DNA of 63,892 bases, counting the filler, from Intoshia linei (Eukaryota; Animalia; Orthonectida), in the NCBI GenBank assembly GCA_001642005.1. It is 10 parts of 10 records of this genome, joined end to end, with 100 filler letters (N's around TTAATTAATTAA, not from the genome) between each part and the next. Parts side by side here need not be neighbours in the genome. Positions count along the whole stretch, not along the records: positions 1 to 19,399 come from LWCA01000738.1; 9 more parts are not named here. The stretch is one strand, 5' to 3'. Position 1 is the first letter of the stretch; each line of letters begins with the position of its first letter. Below the pieces are notes generated by a model. It worked only from the letters and a program-made list of their open reading frames with translations. It was not told the origin of the DNA and did not search any database. Positions 1 to 14,400 of this stretch are shown piece by piece. The position numbers and the translations under genes were made by a program.

Positions 1-18
1 ATTTTTAGCTATTGATAT

Positions 19-420
19 TTAAAAAAAATATATTAATAAATTTAATTTTTTTTCTGTAATAATAACTAGTTGATTTGGATATTCCTCAGTATACATTGAA
101 ACAACTGTTTCTTGAAATAATAATGGCTGGGATGATGAAACTATATTATATACTTCCATTGGAATTAGTAAAGTTGAACTTTTGGTGGTCGGATAAGAGT
201 AAAGGCTTAATTTATTCAGGCTTTGTTTTCTTCTTTTTAGAATACAGAAATAGCAGTCATTCGCACTTTCTGAATGTTTCCATATTCTAGATGTCACAAA
301 TATCGTTTTAAATCTCATTAAAGACATTAAACGAATGGCACGTTTGACATAGATTTGAGGGATTCCAAAGTTGATTCTGGTATATTAAACTGTATATTTG
401 CATTATCAAATTTTTACATT
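19..420 (-). mobile_element. Decayed Chapaev-like (CMC) DNA transposase, N-terminal fragment
   Basis: Translation F-VTSRIWKHSESANDCYFC...YPTTKSS resembles the recalled 'PRIWREP..H..DCYFC...YP' Cys-rich N-terminus of Chapaev3-type transposases; the frame is broken. Confidence 0.5.
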
Positions 421-2446
421 TATCAGTTATAGAGTACTATTTTTTAATGTTTAGCAAATATATACCACATAAAAAGCAATAATAATATGTTTCGTTTATT
501 TCGCACGCATGTATTTTAAATTAATAAATAAATATTCAAACTTAAAAAACTTCACCTTTTTTAATGTAAACATTATTTTGAATAATATAATTGGTCAATT
601 TTAGAATTGAAGTGAAACTTTGTTATATTTTTTTCAACATTAAAAGTGTTAATAAATGGGTTATATGAACTAAAATTTATAAATATAATATATCATTGAA
701 ATCAGCGTTAGATTATCCACAAGATGGTATTATTTTTATGCAGATGTATTTCTCAGTTTTGTCTAGTGTAATATAAATGTATAGTAGGGTGTCCACTTTT
801 TTTATTATAAAAATCCATTTTGTACGTGGATGCCTTTTTTGATTTTAAGCATTTATCCTCAAACAAAATGAAATCGGTTAATATTTACCCCCTAGTGCTT
901 GCTCTCGAGAATTCTTGTTTCGAGAATTCTAAATATTTTTAAATTTAAAATCTATATTTAAAAATTTTCAAAAATATAGTTTATTATTTGAATGTAAAAA
1001 TAAATTTTCAAAGAATAATAATTTTTAATTGTCACAAATAAATTTGGTATTAGATTGTTTCTCTTGAAGATAACCTCTATGTTCTACGAAAATTTATAGG
1101 ACTATTTTAAGTGAGAAAAAGAAAAGGCAAAATGGTGAATTATAAAAATTCTTATACAATTGGTTTACATCGTCACTTAATACGCGTAGATTCTTTGATA
1201 AAATCATTGGGTGAACCTGCCAATAAAAAAACAATCAAAAAATCCCAATATAACAGTGTATTTAAAAAATGATGATAGCCACGGATGGGTTGAAATTATA
1301 ATTGATTACGTGCAATGGACTAATCATAAACCAAGTTACCCGATTAAATATATTGTGTCTCAAAATTGTGTCATTAATCTTGTAAATCGTTAATTTGAAT
1401 AGATTATAAGACAAATAATTAAAAAGATTTCTACGATAAAATTTAATCGTGGAAAATATCATTTGATGAAAAGACAAGTTTTAAAAATAAAAATATTTAA
1501 ATGTACACCATTAAAATCTCAAAAATGACTTTAATCTTGGATATATTCCTATATGTATATGTGGAAGTTCTAATGATACAAAATGTTAAATAAATCGCAT
1601 TTTGATCTTACTGTGATATTTTATTTAAGATTTTAAAGTCAAAAACCAATTAATACCAGATTGTATCCTGCATTATTTCAAAAATATTAACAATTTTGGA
1701 ACTGTTAATACTTTTAGTTTTTCCATAATTAAAAATTTTTATTGTATTACTAACAGTATGAGTTTATTTTTTCTCGAGAAATTGCAAACACTACCCCCTT
1801 AAATGTAGTTATAGAAATTCATACAAAAAGTTATTAATTATGCATAAAGTTTATTATAAACTTAAAATTAATATCATAAAAACCAAAATAAATGAGCCAT
1901 CTATACTCAAATATTTGTATTTACATTGAAATCATTATAATAAATAATTTTAGAATCAATTTTACACTATAACAATTTCTATTTTAGACAAGTTGCATTG
2001 TAGAAGTCTATTTATTACGTTTTTTATCAATTTTTTATAATTTTGCCTAGAAATTTTGCTTTAATGGTCTTAAATTTTATATTTTATTACCGGTCCGCCA
2101 TGAAAAAAGTGTGGGACCCCTGCCATAGTTTATCATACATTATTTTTTATGAAAAAATCAATCATTAAATCTACGATGAATTTGAAATAATCTTATTTAA
2201 TTTGATAAAAATTAGGTTATGAAAATAAAAAAATTATAATCATGAATAATCGGATTTATCGTTTTATTTTTTAGATTTTTAATTAAATCTGATAAATGAA
2301 TGTTAAGTTGAGATTATAATTAAGGCTATCGGTTATAATATGTTATCTCATTACACATTATGACTATTTCAGACATTTAATGTCATTTAAAAACAATTTT
2401 TGAATACAAATGATATTACGTTTACAGTCATAATCATTGAATCAGA

Positions 2447-5400
2447 ATGAATTTGAATACAATAAAATTGATATTTTTATTATTTGGCTACGTGGTAGGG
2501 CACTGTGATATAGAAATATGTTTTGTTATCGATAGTAGTACCAGCATAGTAATAAATCAAAAATTTGGTGAGACGTCCAATTGGAACCAAATTTTGGGTT
2601 TTTATTATAATATAACAGAAACTTTACCAGTAATTGAATGGACTCATTCAAATTATAATGACCATCAAGAGCATTTACACCATCATCATTACAATAAAAC
2701 AAAAAATTTGCAACAAAGTGTAATGATTAAATTAGCAGTTGTGCAATTCTCTAGAAGTGGACAAATTTCTATACCTCTGACGATGTACAATTCAATGACA
2801 TATTTAGATTTCAAAAACGATCTCAAAACATTGGATCATACTGGAGGTCTCACTAATATTGCCAGTGCTTTAAAAAAGGTTCAAGAGGTTTTTGATTTGG
2901 GAAAGCACGAGAGTAGACATGATCATCATAAATATGATGATCATCATTTCGACGAATGGTTGTATGTGACCAAAAATAATCCTCACAGTGAAAAAATCGT
3001 CATTTTTTTAACTGACGGTAGAGATTATGCACATCATGATGAAATTAATCATTTGTCGCAAATTTTGATGGACAATCATGTTAAGGTATGTTATTTAATG
3101 TAAAATGAAAAGATATATTAATTTTGCATCACCATATTCAGAACTGCCTAGGTAGGGGTTATTTTGACTTTAGTGACTAGAGCATGGGTGTGATTATTTT
3201 GGCGATATATATTATATAATAATAGATTAATTGACTTTAAAAAAAATCAAAATTTAACCCTCCGTGGTTTTTTAAACCCTAATCTACGATAAAGATAACA
3301 GAATATTATATATTTATTATATTCCACAATAATAATAAAATATGAAATATTTATGGTGTTGGTAGATGTTTTTTTCAATGAGATAATTTTAACCGGAAGT
3401 TTACATAAATTCAATTTTTTTATACGATTACCCCTTATTCTTAAAATATATAATTATAATATAACTTAATAATAATATTAATATTAATAAATAAATATAT
3501 ATAAATTTTATAAATGGACGGGTTGTTTTTGCTGTTTGACACGATTCACAATCTTGATGTTTTTTCAATTCATCCAAAAATATTATTCGTTCGCTTTTCT
3601 AAGGATTCTCTGTATTCTTGACATTTGATTCCTCCTATACACTTTATTAATACTCTTTTTCCATTTGCTCTAATACTACCCGAATCATATTTTACTGGGT
3701 ATTTGTAATACTGCTACTTATCTACGTTGATAAGAATTTTGTTTTTTACGTTTTCAAACTTATACTCTTCCTTTTGTAAATAATTTAAATCAACTTTCAT
3801 CAGTGAAGGTTATATTTTTCCATTGGGCCGTTCATGCCATTTTTTACTTACACCTTTTAAAACGGTTTTCAACTTGCAATTCTTCCATATAATCCAAATC
3901 TATATAACACACGTTGCACCGTTTTTAAACTGAGCTTTTTTCTAATGCTGAAGTGTATTTTAACCTTTAATACTGTCAAGCAAGGGTTTTCCTTGAATTA
4001 ACAAGGCTTTATATTTTTTTCACTTATTCGTGTCATTTACTAAACAAATAGTTATTTTTAATTTATAGATCATTAATAATTCATTACCTTTTTCGTTTTT
4101 ATGGATATTTAATTAATTTTAATTGAAATTATCAAGGTGTCTAATACTTATGTCGTCAATATTTTTAATATCGCAAATAAAACCATATTAAAATGTATCT
4201 TTTTATAAGTAGTTTATGACATCAGCATGGTTATATATTGATGAGATCATTCTTTAATTAGTCTGATATTTAATTTCAAGTTCAAGATTCGCCTTATTAA
4301 CTTTATAGTGGTTTTTAATGAGAATTTGTAGGGTACCTAAGACTTATGTCGCGCATTGTATATGTTTTATAAACTTGTAAAATTGATTTTAATTTTTAAA
4401 AATGGTAATTTGGTTTTTTGACCCTGAAGGACTCAATTTCTCAAAATCAATTTGCAATAAATTTGACTCTCGAAAAATTATATTAGAAATTAAGATTTTG
4501 TTAATTCTAGGATTTTTAATTATTTAATTAAACGGTAACACAGACTAACACACATATTCAATTTTACATACAATAAGTTAAAGGTTGTTACTTTTTAACC
4601 TCAAATGCAACACAAAAGTAGAAACATTTATAGGCTGATAAATTGAACAATTTATCACACTATAATTTACTATAAATTAAAATTTGACTTAGAATACGTT
4701 TTAGGCAAAAATACAGTGATAGATACTAAATTCATGATTTGCTATCAACCAACTATTAAAATTACTTATTAGTTAACTTTTTTTATTTTAAAACTGATTA
4801 GTATTTTTGGTCAGGTAAACTCCGTTAATTTAATGCTATACTTGTCTTGATTAATTATAGTAATATTTTTGAATCTTTTCTAGAATTTACAATTAAAATT
4901 AATTAATTGCATCTATTTACAATTAATTATACAAGAAATTATTCAATTTAAATGTATATATTATATTCAATATATATAAACAATATTAAATTCTTATAAT
5001 TTAAAAATTTAAATATCCAGACTTTAGGTCTAGATTTTAAATTAGGTTTAACTGTGGTTATTACACAATCTCTTGACGTGAATGTCATTTTATATAATTA
5101 ATTGAAATTTCCTGTTTTTAACTATAAATTTATTCAATTTTTATTATCTCGTAGTTATTCTGTTTAGTATTTTGCCAAGTTAAATCAAATCAAATTTGAT
5201 AAACATATATAATGTAATCAAATGTAAAAATATATAAAAAGTAAAGCTAGCTACTGTTAGTATGTCAGATGTCACATACCAAACAGCTTAGTATAATATA
5301 TTAAAGGTTAGTTATACATATTTTTATAAATGAAAATATAAAAATTAATAAAAAAAAATTAGATTTACGCAATTGGAATAGGAGAGGATGTGGACTATCA

Positions 5401-8400
5401 CCAATTACTTACAATCACAAAAAATGAAAATCAGATTTATTTATTGAAAGCATTTGACGATTTGAAAACACTGAAAAGTTTAAAGCTTCCAGACACATGT
5501 ACAAATGAATATGTATTTAGTGAAAATAATATTACAACGAATCATATTTCATCAGTAAATCATCATGAGCATGAACATAACGCAAATGATTTTTTTGAAG
5601 GTGCTGATCCACACTTAGACCATCATGAACACCACCATCATCACTACAATAAAACGAAACAATCATATGATACGACTCAAAGACCTAAATTCTACGTATT
5701 CACGCACGACAATGACACTTCAGTCAGTGACTATAACATTCAGCCTCGTATACCTGTAAAGCTTTGTAGAGATGAAATATACATTACCCTTGTAATTGAC
5801 AAAATATTACCCAACAGCTACAATTCAAAAGAATACAAAGATATGATTTTAGATATATTAATAAAATTAAACCTCAATTACAAATATCAAAAAATTGTAA
5901 TTGTAACGTTTAATCGTGAAACTGTGGCTGTATTAAATAAAATAAACGAAGAAAATGATTTTTCTCATACAAAGACAATCATAGAGTCTATTCAGACAGA
6001 AGCACTATCTGACACATCCATCAAGGTTTCATATAAATTTGTTTTGGATGAAATAAATAATAATGTACTGAGTGAATCGAATATACCAAAATCTGCTCGT
6101 CCTTTGTGTATTTTTATAAGTACTTCCAGTCGTAATTATAAATCTGGAAGATTTATTAAAAATATTGATACATATTTTGAATCAATGTCTCAAACAATCA
6201 TTGCAGCAAATAGATTGAAATTGGCGGGAGTACACATAATTACCATTTCGGCTGGTTCTTATGTTGATAAGGACTTATTGTCGCATTTAGCAAGTTATCC
6301 AAATTTGTCTAATCAATATAGTGTCAAGTCAAATGCCAAATTTAATGCAGTTAAACTGGAACAATTCGTTAAAAAAATTTGTCAAGGTAATTATGATTTC
6401 AGTCTGCATTTCAGAATTGACTTTGCTTTAGTCATTACTTACTTACTCGTATATAAATTTTAACGTCTGCGTGTTACCGTTTATTTAAAAAATTAATAGT
6501 TCTATAATTAAAAAAACACAATATCTAACACAGTTTTTAGCGGGTAATGTTTTTATCTCTCTTTTATTTTCCTAAAGTGAGTCCTTCTGGGTCAAAATCC
6601 CAATTTATATTTTTTTTGAAAATAAAATCATCCCAAAAATTAAAAAAAAAATTACAACTAGGGCGCATTTTAAAATCATTAATGTTGTCGTAAATCTCAG
6701 CTTCAGAAACATACACATTCCTAGCCAAAACAACAAATTACCCTTTTTTTTGAAAATTAAAAATGTCCTAAAACATAAATTCTTCAATAGTTTTTAAAAT
6801 CATACACATTATCATAAATCACCACCTAACAAAATATTATAAAGACGGTTCACTGTTATTTACTTTGTACAAACAGCACATAGCTCTGCTGACGGCGAAC
6901 ATTTTTCATTGTACCATAAAAAAATAAATTCAATAATAAAATTTTACCTCGAAGGTGTCGCCTTGTCAGATTTAATTTTTTTGTTTGTTTTAGTGATTCT
7001 GATTTCCCGGGTTCCGAGAATTTCCCGTAAAAAATAAAAATTTTTTATTCATATAAATAAATAAAGATTTTAGAGACCTTAATTAATTTTAGAAACAAAA
7101 AGAAATTTAATTAATTAAATAACACGAATCTAGATTGAAATTTACAAATTTAATTAGAAAAAAATTTATTTATTTTAGATTGTTGAAAAAATTTTTCAAA
7201 ACACATAATATTGATAGATTCGTCTTTTAAACGCGTTCTACGTTTTGTAACGAAATTAGAAGCAGTAAAGAAATTTCTTTAATTTTGTGTTGACGTAAGT
7301 TGAAGGGTCATAAGGGCTTCCTTTAATTTTAACAATCTTGATGATAGCGTTCCAGTTCGTAACAACTCATAAATCGTAAAAATCCCGGGAATTTTGTCCC
7401 GGTTTTTTTCCCGGCACAATCACTAGTGTGTGTCAACTGGATATAACTGTATCAACTGTAAGTTTTAAATTCTAGGAATATTTACATTTTTTAAAAAAAA
7501 ATAATCTGGGGTTTTGGCCGTGAAGATATAAAATTTTCAAATGGAAATTTATCATTATGTTGATGATTTAAAATTTTTTTCAGATTGTGTATTTTGCATA
7601 ATTCTAGGACTCGTTTGAATTTAAAAAAAGAGGATAATTGGAGTTTTCGATCTTGAAGGACTCAATTTCTGAAAATGAAATTTGTTATAAAAATATATAA
7701 ACTGGAACAAACAGACAAATAAACATACATACATTTTCAACTAAATTGATTTATATACGTCTTCAATTGTAAGGATATTGGATGTAATTATGATTCATTT
7801 TCATTTTCAACATCAACTGTTTCCAAGACAATTCAATTTGACAATATTATTCTTAAGGTAAAGTGGCCACAAAAATACTTACTATCACTTTTAGTTTATT
7901 TGGAATAAATTTTAACTTAAAATGTAGTGCGACTAGAAGTACGACTTTTGGCACTGTTCAAAAGTCGTACATTGTCGAAGTAAATAAACTTTAAATTTAA
8001 ATTTAAATTTAACTTAAATGTTTATTTTTCTAATCAAAAATTAATCAAAAACATATTTTGTTTCCAAGCAATAAAAGTACTACTTTTAGTACGATAAAAT
8101 ATAGTTAGCCCATTTTAAGCTGGAAATTTTTATTCGTCATCATAGATAAGTAGTTTTGGCTTCACATTTATCACCAAATAAACTAAAATTAATAGTACGT
8201 ATTGTTTCTGGCCACTTTACTTTAGGAGATTTTTGACGTTGGAAACAATTGCTGATGCTAATAAAAATGTGACATTATAATTAATGTCAAATCTATTCTA
8301 TATTTAACAAATATAAATCACAACTTAGATAAGACAGCTTATAGGTTCACAACAATTCATTAAATTCAACAATAACTTTATTATAATAATATTTTAATAT

Positions 8401-11400
8401 ATTAAGGTAATAATCTAACATTCATTATTGGTTAATTTTATTTGGCTTACACTTTAAAAATTAAATTTAATAATGTTGACGTTTATTGATGATGGATAAT
8501 GATTATATGAATTAATTTGGTTAAACCATGTATTATAGGGCTAAATATCAACATTATAAACTATAATTATAATTAACTTAATTACATGTACTTTATTATA
8601 TTAATATTTTATACCTAATTTAAAAAAATGTAGGAACGGACGCATGCCTAGCCAAGCCATGTAAAAACGGTGGAAAATGCTCAAATTCTTTCGGAAAATT
8701 TCATTGTACATGTTTGGCCGGATTTGGCGGAGAATTATGCGAAAATTGTAATGTTAATAAAAAATAAATAATAATGATAAAATTTAGCATGTAAAAACCC
8801 TGCCAATGTCATATTAGCAATTGATTCATCATTAAGTATTGGTTTACAAAATTTTAGAATGCAGGAGTATTTGGCTCGAAAGCTAATCATTGATATTAAC
8901 ATTGACGCTTTCTCTATTGCTGGAATTCTGTATTATTCAAATAATAATACCCAAATATTAAATTTAAATTCAAATGCAAATACAATGAATACGTTGGATT
9001 TGTTGACATTTAATTATAAAGGCGGAAAATCTAATGTAGCCGCAAGCATTAGTGCTGCATGTAAAATGTTTAAAAAAAATGCTGAATCAAAAAACGTTGG
9101 TACTAATGCTTTAATTATATTTTCAGATGGTCTTTCCAATACTCAAATATATGATTGGCAGGCAGTTAGGCACTTTAAAGAACAGTTACCATCAGTTTAT
9201 ATTATACTGGTTACAGTAGCTCAAAATTCTAAAAATGTAAACGTTTTTTCGGATTACGATTATTTATATACTCTGGGGTCCATTGTTGATGAACACGTTG
9301 TGGTTGAAAAGAAAAATTTAAAAGATAGAATGATATCTCTTAAATCGATGGTTTGTAAAGGCAATTTTTAAAATATTTTACGATGAACAATGACTTGATT
9401 GTTAGGTAGTTAGTAATCGATTAATGGGTTTTAAATTAACCGTAATTATTTAAAAACTTGTTTTTCAATTTTTCGAATAATCGTGACTCTATAGTAGTTG
9501 CCTGTTGAATATTTTTATTCGGGTAGTGTAAGAAATTAAGAATTATAAATATATTATTAATTTCATTTATTTAGAGCACGATTATTGCATTGATAATCCA
9601 TGTTTAAATGGATCAGAATGCATCAATTACCTAAATAAGTATAAGTGCATATGTCGCGAGGGGTTTTCTGGAAAGCACTGTGAACGATGTAATTTAAATC
9701 AGTATATAAATAATATATTATTTAATTATGAAATATGTAAAAAACTTTACCCCAAATTCTATTTTTTTCGTAGGAAAACATTGTATTTGAACTTGATAAA
9801 CCATGTATCTTTTAAATTTAAATAATAAAACGCACCAAAATAAACATATACATTAAGTTTTAATGAATTGCATAAATAAAAAATAAAATTGTTTAAAATT
9901 ACAACTATTTAGCATGTTCTCCAAAAAAGGATATAATAATAATACTGGAAGTATCAGATTCAGAAAATTTTGATGGTATGATATTATCATTAGAAAATCA
10001 ATTACAAACAATCGGAGCTATCGATGAGAAAGATTTTACTCAAAAAACACGCATAGGCTTAATTACTTTTTCAACTGGCGAAAATCCTATCAAAGAATTT
10101 GATTTGTCAAAATTCAAAAGAATGGAAGATGTGATTCATGCAATAAATCTGATTGACCCGTTAAAAAAAAAGTATAATGGACCAGAAAAACTCTTCGCTG
10201 CATTGGATAAGGCTCTAGAATTTGCTGAAACAATGTTTTTAATTAAACCCCATGAAAGAAAACAGCATCTATTAATATTATTAACTGATGAATCCAAAAT
10301 AAAAGAAACCATAACATCAAGTTATGCAATGAAACATGGTAATCATCATACACATGACAATCACAGATTTAATTCGCGTCATACAGTTCCCGAGAATACA
10401 AAAAACGTTATTCACTATGATATGAACATTATCAGAACTTGTATACATTTGAAAATTGCGAATGTAGATATAAACATAATATACGTCGGTCATAATTTGC
10501 CTTCTAGTTTCATTAAATCGGTTGTCAGCTATCCGTATCAAAATCATATGTACGCTGTCAGTGAGAGGAGTGATTTAAAGTATATTACAGAAAAATTATC
10601 TTTCATGTATTGTGATGGTAATATATTTTATACAATAAATTAGGTTGACTGTTTTGTACTACGTACAAACATCACCTAGCTCTGCCGAGGGCACATTTTT
10701 ATTCTACCAAAAAAATAAATTCATGTTGAAAATCTAACTTAAAAATCCTACTATTCTTTTTTACGTCACTTATTCAGATTGAAATTTTTGGTGTGTGTTA
10801 ACAGGATACAACTATACCATCCTTATTTTTTTTTAAATTCTAGGGCTGTTTTCATTAAAAAAAAAATGGTAATTTTGGGTTATGGCCCTGAAGATATATT
10901 TTTTTTAATTCTCGAACTTATTTGATTTTCAAAAAAAAGGACAATTGTGTTTTTTGACCCGTAAGATGTGAGTTTGGGAGGTTTAAATTTATTTTTTTAA
11001 GTATATCGGAAAAAACTGTAATAGAAATGTGGATTTTATAAAATTCTAAGACTGATAGTTATTGAAATAAACGATAACACATAGACAAACAAAGCATATT
11101 ATATAAATAAGGAAAGGACATAGTCATACATGTCAGACAAGCTGCCACATATTAGCATTGGATCTGCCACACAGGGTGTATGCAAATAATGTATGTTTTC
11201 CACACCAATGGCTAATGAACCTGAAAATGGATAGTAATAATTCGGGCATTTATAAACTTTAGATATCCTAACTTATATATTATGCTGCGTGATTTTTGTT
11301 TGTGTGTGTCCAGCTTTATTTAAATGACTACCCGTCTTAGAATTTTATAAAGTCCACATTTCAATTACAGTTTTTTTCAGGGGTGTTCGCAAATTTAATT

Positions 11401-14400
11401 TCAACCTCCCAATTTCACATCTTACGGGTTAAAAATCCCAGTTTCCATCTTTTTGAAAATCAAACGAGTTGGAGAATTTAAAAAAATTATATCTTCAGGG
11501 CGAAAACCCCAAATTACCTTTCTTTAATGAAAACAGGCCTAAAATTTAAAAAAATTTACCGGTGGTACAGTTGTATCCTGTTAACACACACAAAAAATTT
11601 CAATCCGAGTAAATGACGACTTCACGGTTAAAAAAGCATTTTAGTATTCATATATATGTTTTTTCGAAATATTTTATTAAAACAAAATATGTGAAATAAT
11701 TAACTGACCGAAAATTAAAAAAAAGATTATTCTGATAGAGCTTATTCCAGTTGATATAAATTACAAAGTTCAACCCGAGAAATCTACGCATTCCCAATAA
11801 AAAATAATTCTTAATATATTATCAACCAATTTTTTTTAAAATATTTTGATTAAAATAAAAATTGTAAATATTAATTCTACAATTTCAAAAAAAATTTGTA
11901 ACTTTATTAACCTATAAAAAATTTATAAACTGTTTTCTGTAAAATTCATGCTTCATCGATTAACAAAAGTGACTATTACGTGGAAAGTCATACAAATAAG
12001 ACAAAGTATTATTTTATACTTTATTATGATACAATATTAAATATTTCTTTATATTGTCATGTGCAAAATTTCTTTTAGTTAAGAGTTTATTCAACATACT
12101 AAAACTTCTTTATACCATTAGATGTTAATGGTCCATTTCTTAATTTACTGTACAGTGAACGAGGGTTAGATTTATCCAAAGCCATTATTATATTTGTAAT
12201 GTCATTGGTTTTCAACCTTTTTTCTATGTAATGAAGTATTTTGCATGGATCTGGAACAAATTTTAAATTTTGTAATGTTTCAAATGCTTTATTAATGTTA
12301 AATGAGTCTTTTGCCAATTTAATCACATCTATTATAGATGTATAACAATTGAGTTGGATTAATTCATCATATAATGTAACTACAGATACTGCCTTCCTTG
12401 CTCGTTGTATGATGACACCATTTCCTGGTATACCATTAATAATTATTTTAACTAATTCAAATTTATTTATATAATGGTATGTCTGCTGACAAAAAAGCTT
12501 CTAACACTTCCAATGCAAAATCATTCTTAACTTTTAAGTATTTTCGTATAGGAATAACAGTATTTAAAGATTTCTGTTTTGATGAACCCCTATGTACCTG
12601 TACATAATGTAATTTATCAAACGAGACATTTGAATTGTATCTTAAACAAAATAAATTGTTGTCAATCATTTTAAATTTAGTTGGATAAAGTTTTAGAATA
12701 TTGCTGATTTTTTCCTGTTTCGATTTTGGATTTTTTGGCATACTTATATATCAATAGTACAAAAAGTAACATAATATTACTTTTATAACAAATCGTAATC
12801 AGTAAAATTCAAAATAAAATGCACGTGTAACAATTAAATATTTCAAATTGTAACTTTATTAACCTAAAAATTTTTTAATTAGTCAATTAATATGGATAAT
12901 TTTGTTACCACCATGTTTTAAATTGGAAACTAATTAACATATCAAAAATTAACTTTATTAACTTTTGCTTGCCCTAATCATCACATTGAAAATGACAAAA
13001 TAGGTTTTTATAATTTTATTTTTTCTGGAATTTATCCTATTTATGACAATTTTTAGGTGAGTGTTTTTACTTTATTGTTAAGATTATACAACTCATTCTG
13101 TCTAATAAATTAAACTGTTTTTACTTTATTTTTATTATTATACACATTTACTGTCTAATAAATTAAAAAAATGGGATAACAATTGTTTTTAAAATTCTTT
13201 ACGCAATATTAACAAAAAAAATTAAGATGGAATATAATTCAGTTTAAATTAAAAAGTAATGTGATATGATGGTTCTACCTAAAACCTAAAACAAATTTGG
13301 GAACCACTCCTTTAAAGGATAAATAATAGTTAATAGTATGATTTTTAAGGTAGATTTTCAACGTGAATTTAGTTTTTTGGTATAATAAAAATGTGTCCTT
13401 GGCACAGCTAGCTGCTGTTTGTACGTAATACATAACAGTCAACCTAGTGAATTATATAATATTATGGAATGGCTAATTCTTTTTAATTTTTAGATTATAA
13501 CAATTGCTATAATCAAGATTGTTCTGGAAATGGTCATTGCATGGATAAATCAAATTATTTTTATTGTAAATGTGATGCTGGTTTTAGTGGTAAAGAATGC
13601 AGCAATAGTAATTCATTTTAAATTTTGAAGCTAGAGCGTAAAAGGCATCTATTTTTTCGGTCTATACCAGTTTCGCAGCGTATCTGCCTGTAAACTATTA
13701 TATTTGATAGTTTGTAGCGATTTTGACTTAAAACAGTAACAATCAGACCTCTCAATACCGCCACTATATTTTATTATTTTTCTATATGATTGCTTATTAA
13801 TACATAGTAACCGTATCCACGATCTATGCGATACAACGTTATACTCTCAGTAATGCCAAACTCTCAATACTGTCATAAATATTGAAATAACAAAATGGCG
13901 GTATTTAGAGGTCTGACTATATTTTGATTATGCATTTAATTTGTTGAGTAGGAATGACATACAATATATGTATTATTACATGCATAAAAATTTATTTTTA
14001 GATTGCAAAGCAAAAACAGACGTGTTAATATTAACTGACATGTCAATGTTGGCTAATGCAAAACGTTCTAAAATTAACATAATCAGAAGATTTTTGAAAA
14101 GATTTATATATATGCTACCATTAGACGATAGAACCTCCCGTTTAGCATACGGAATTTACGGTGAGATTGCATTAATAAATTATAATTTTGATAAATTTCA
14201 AAATCAAACTTCCATACTCAATAGCATGGAATACATGTTACACCCATACACTCCATCTGCAAAATACAACCATCACAACCATATTGATAGGTATGATGAG
14301 TTTCATGCCACAATTCATCAATTTATGGAAGAAGCTGAACATCGACCAAAAAGTTCAAAAATAGTTTTTGTCATTACAGATGGCATGAATTCCAATTTTG

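Noticed and set aside
1070-1477. Short ORFs possibly from a decayed DNA transposon
   Set aside because: No motif could be assigned confidently.
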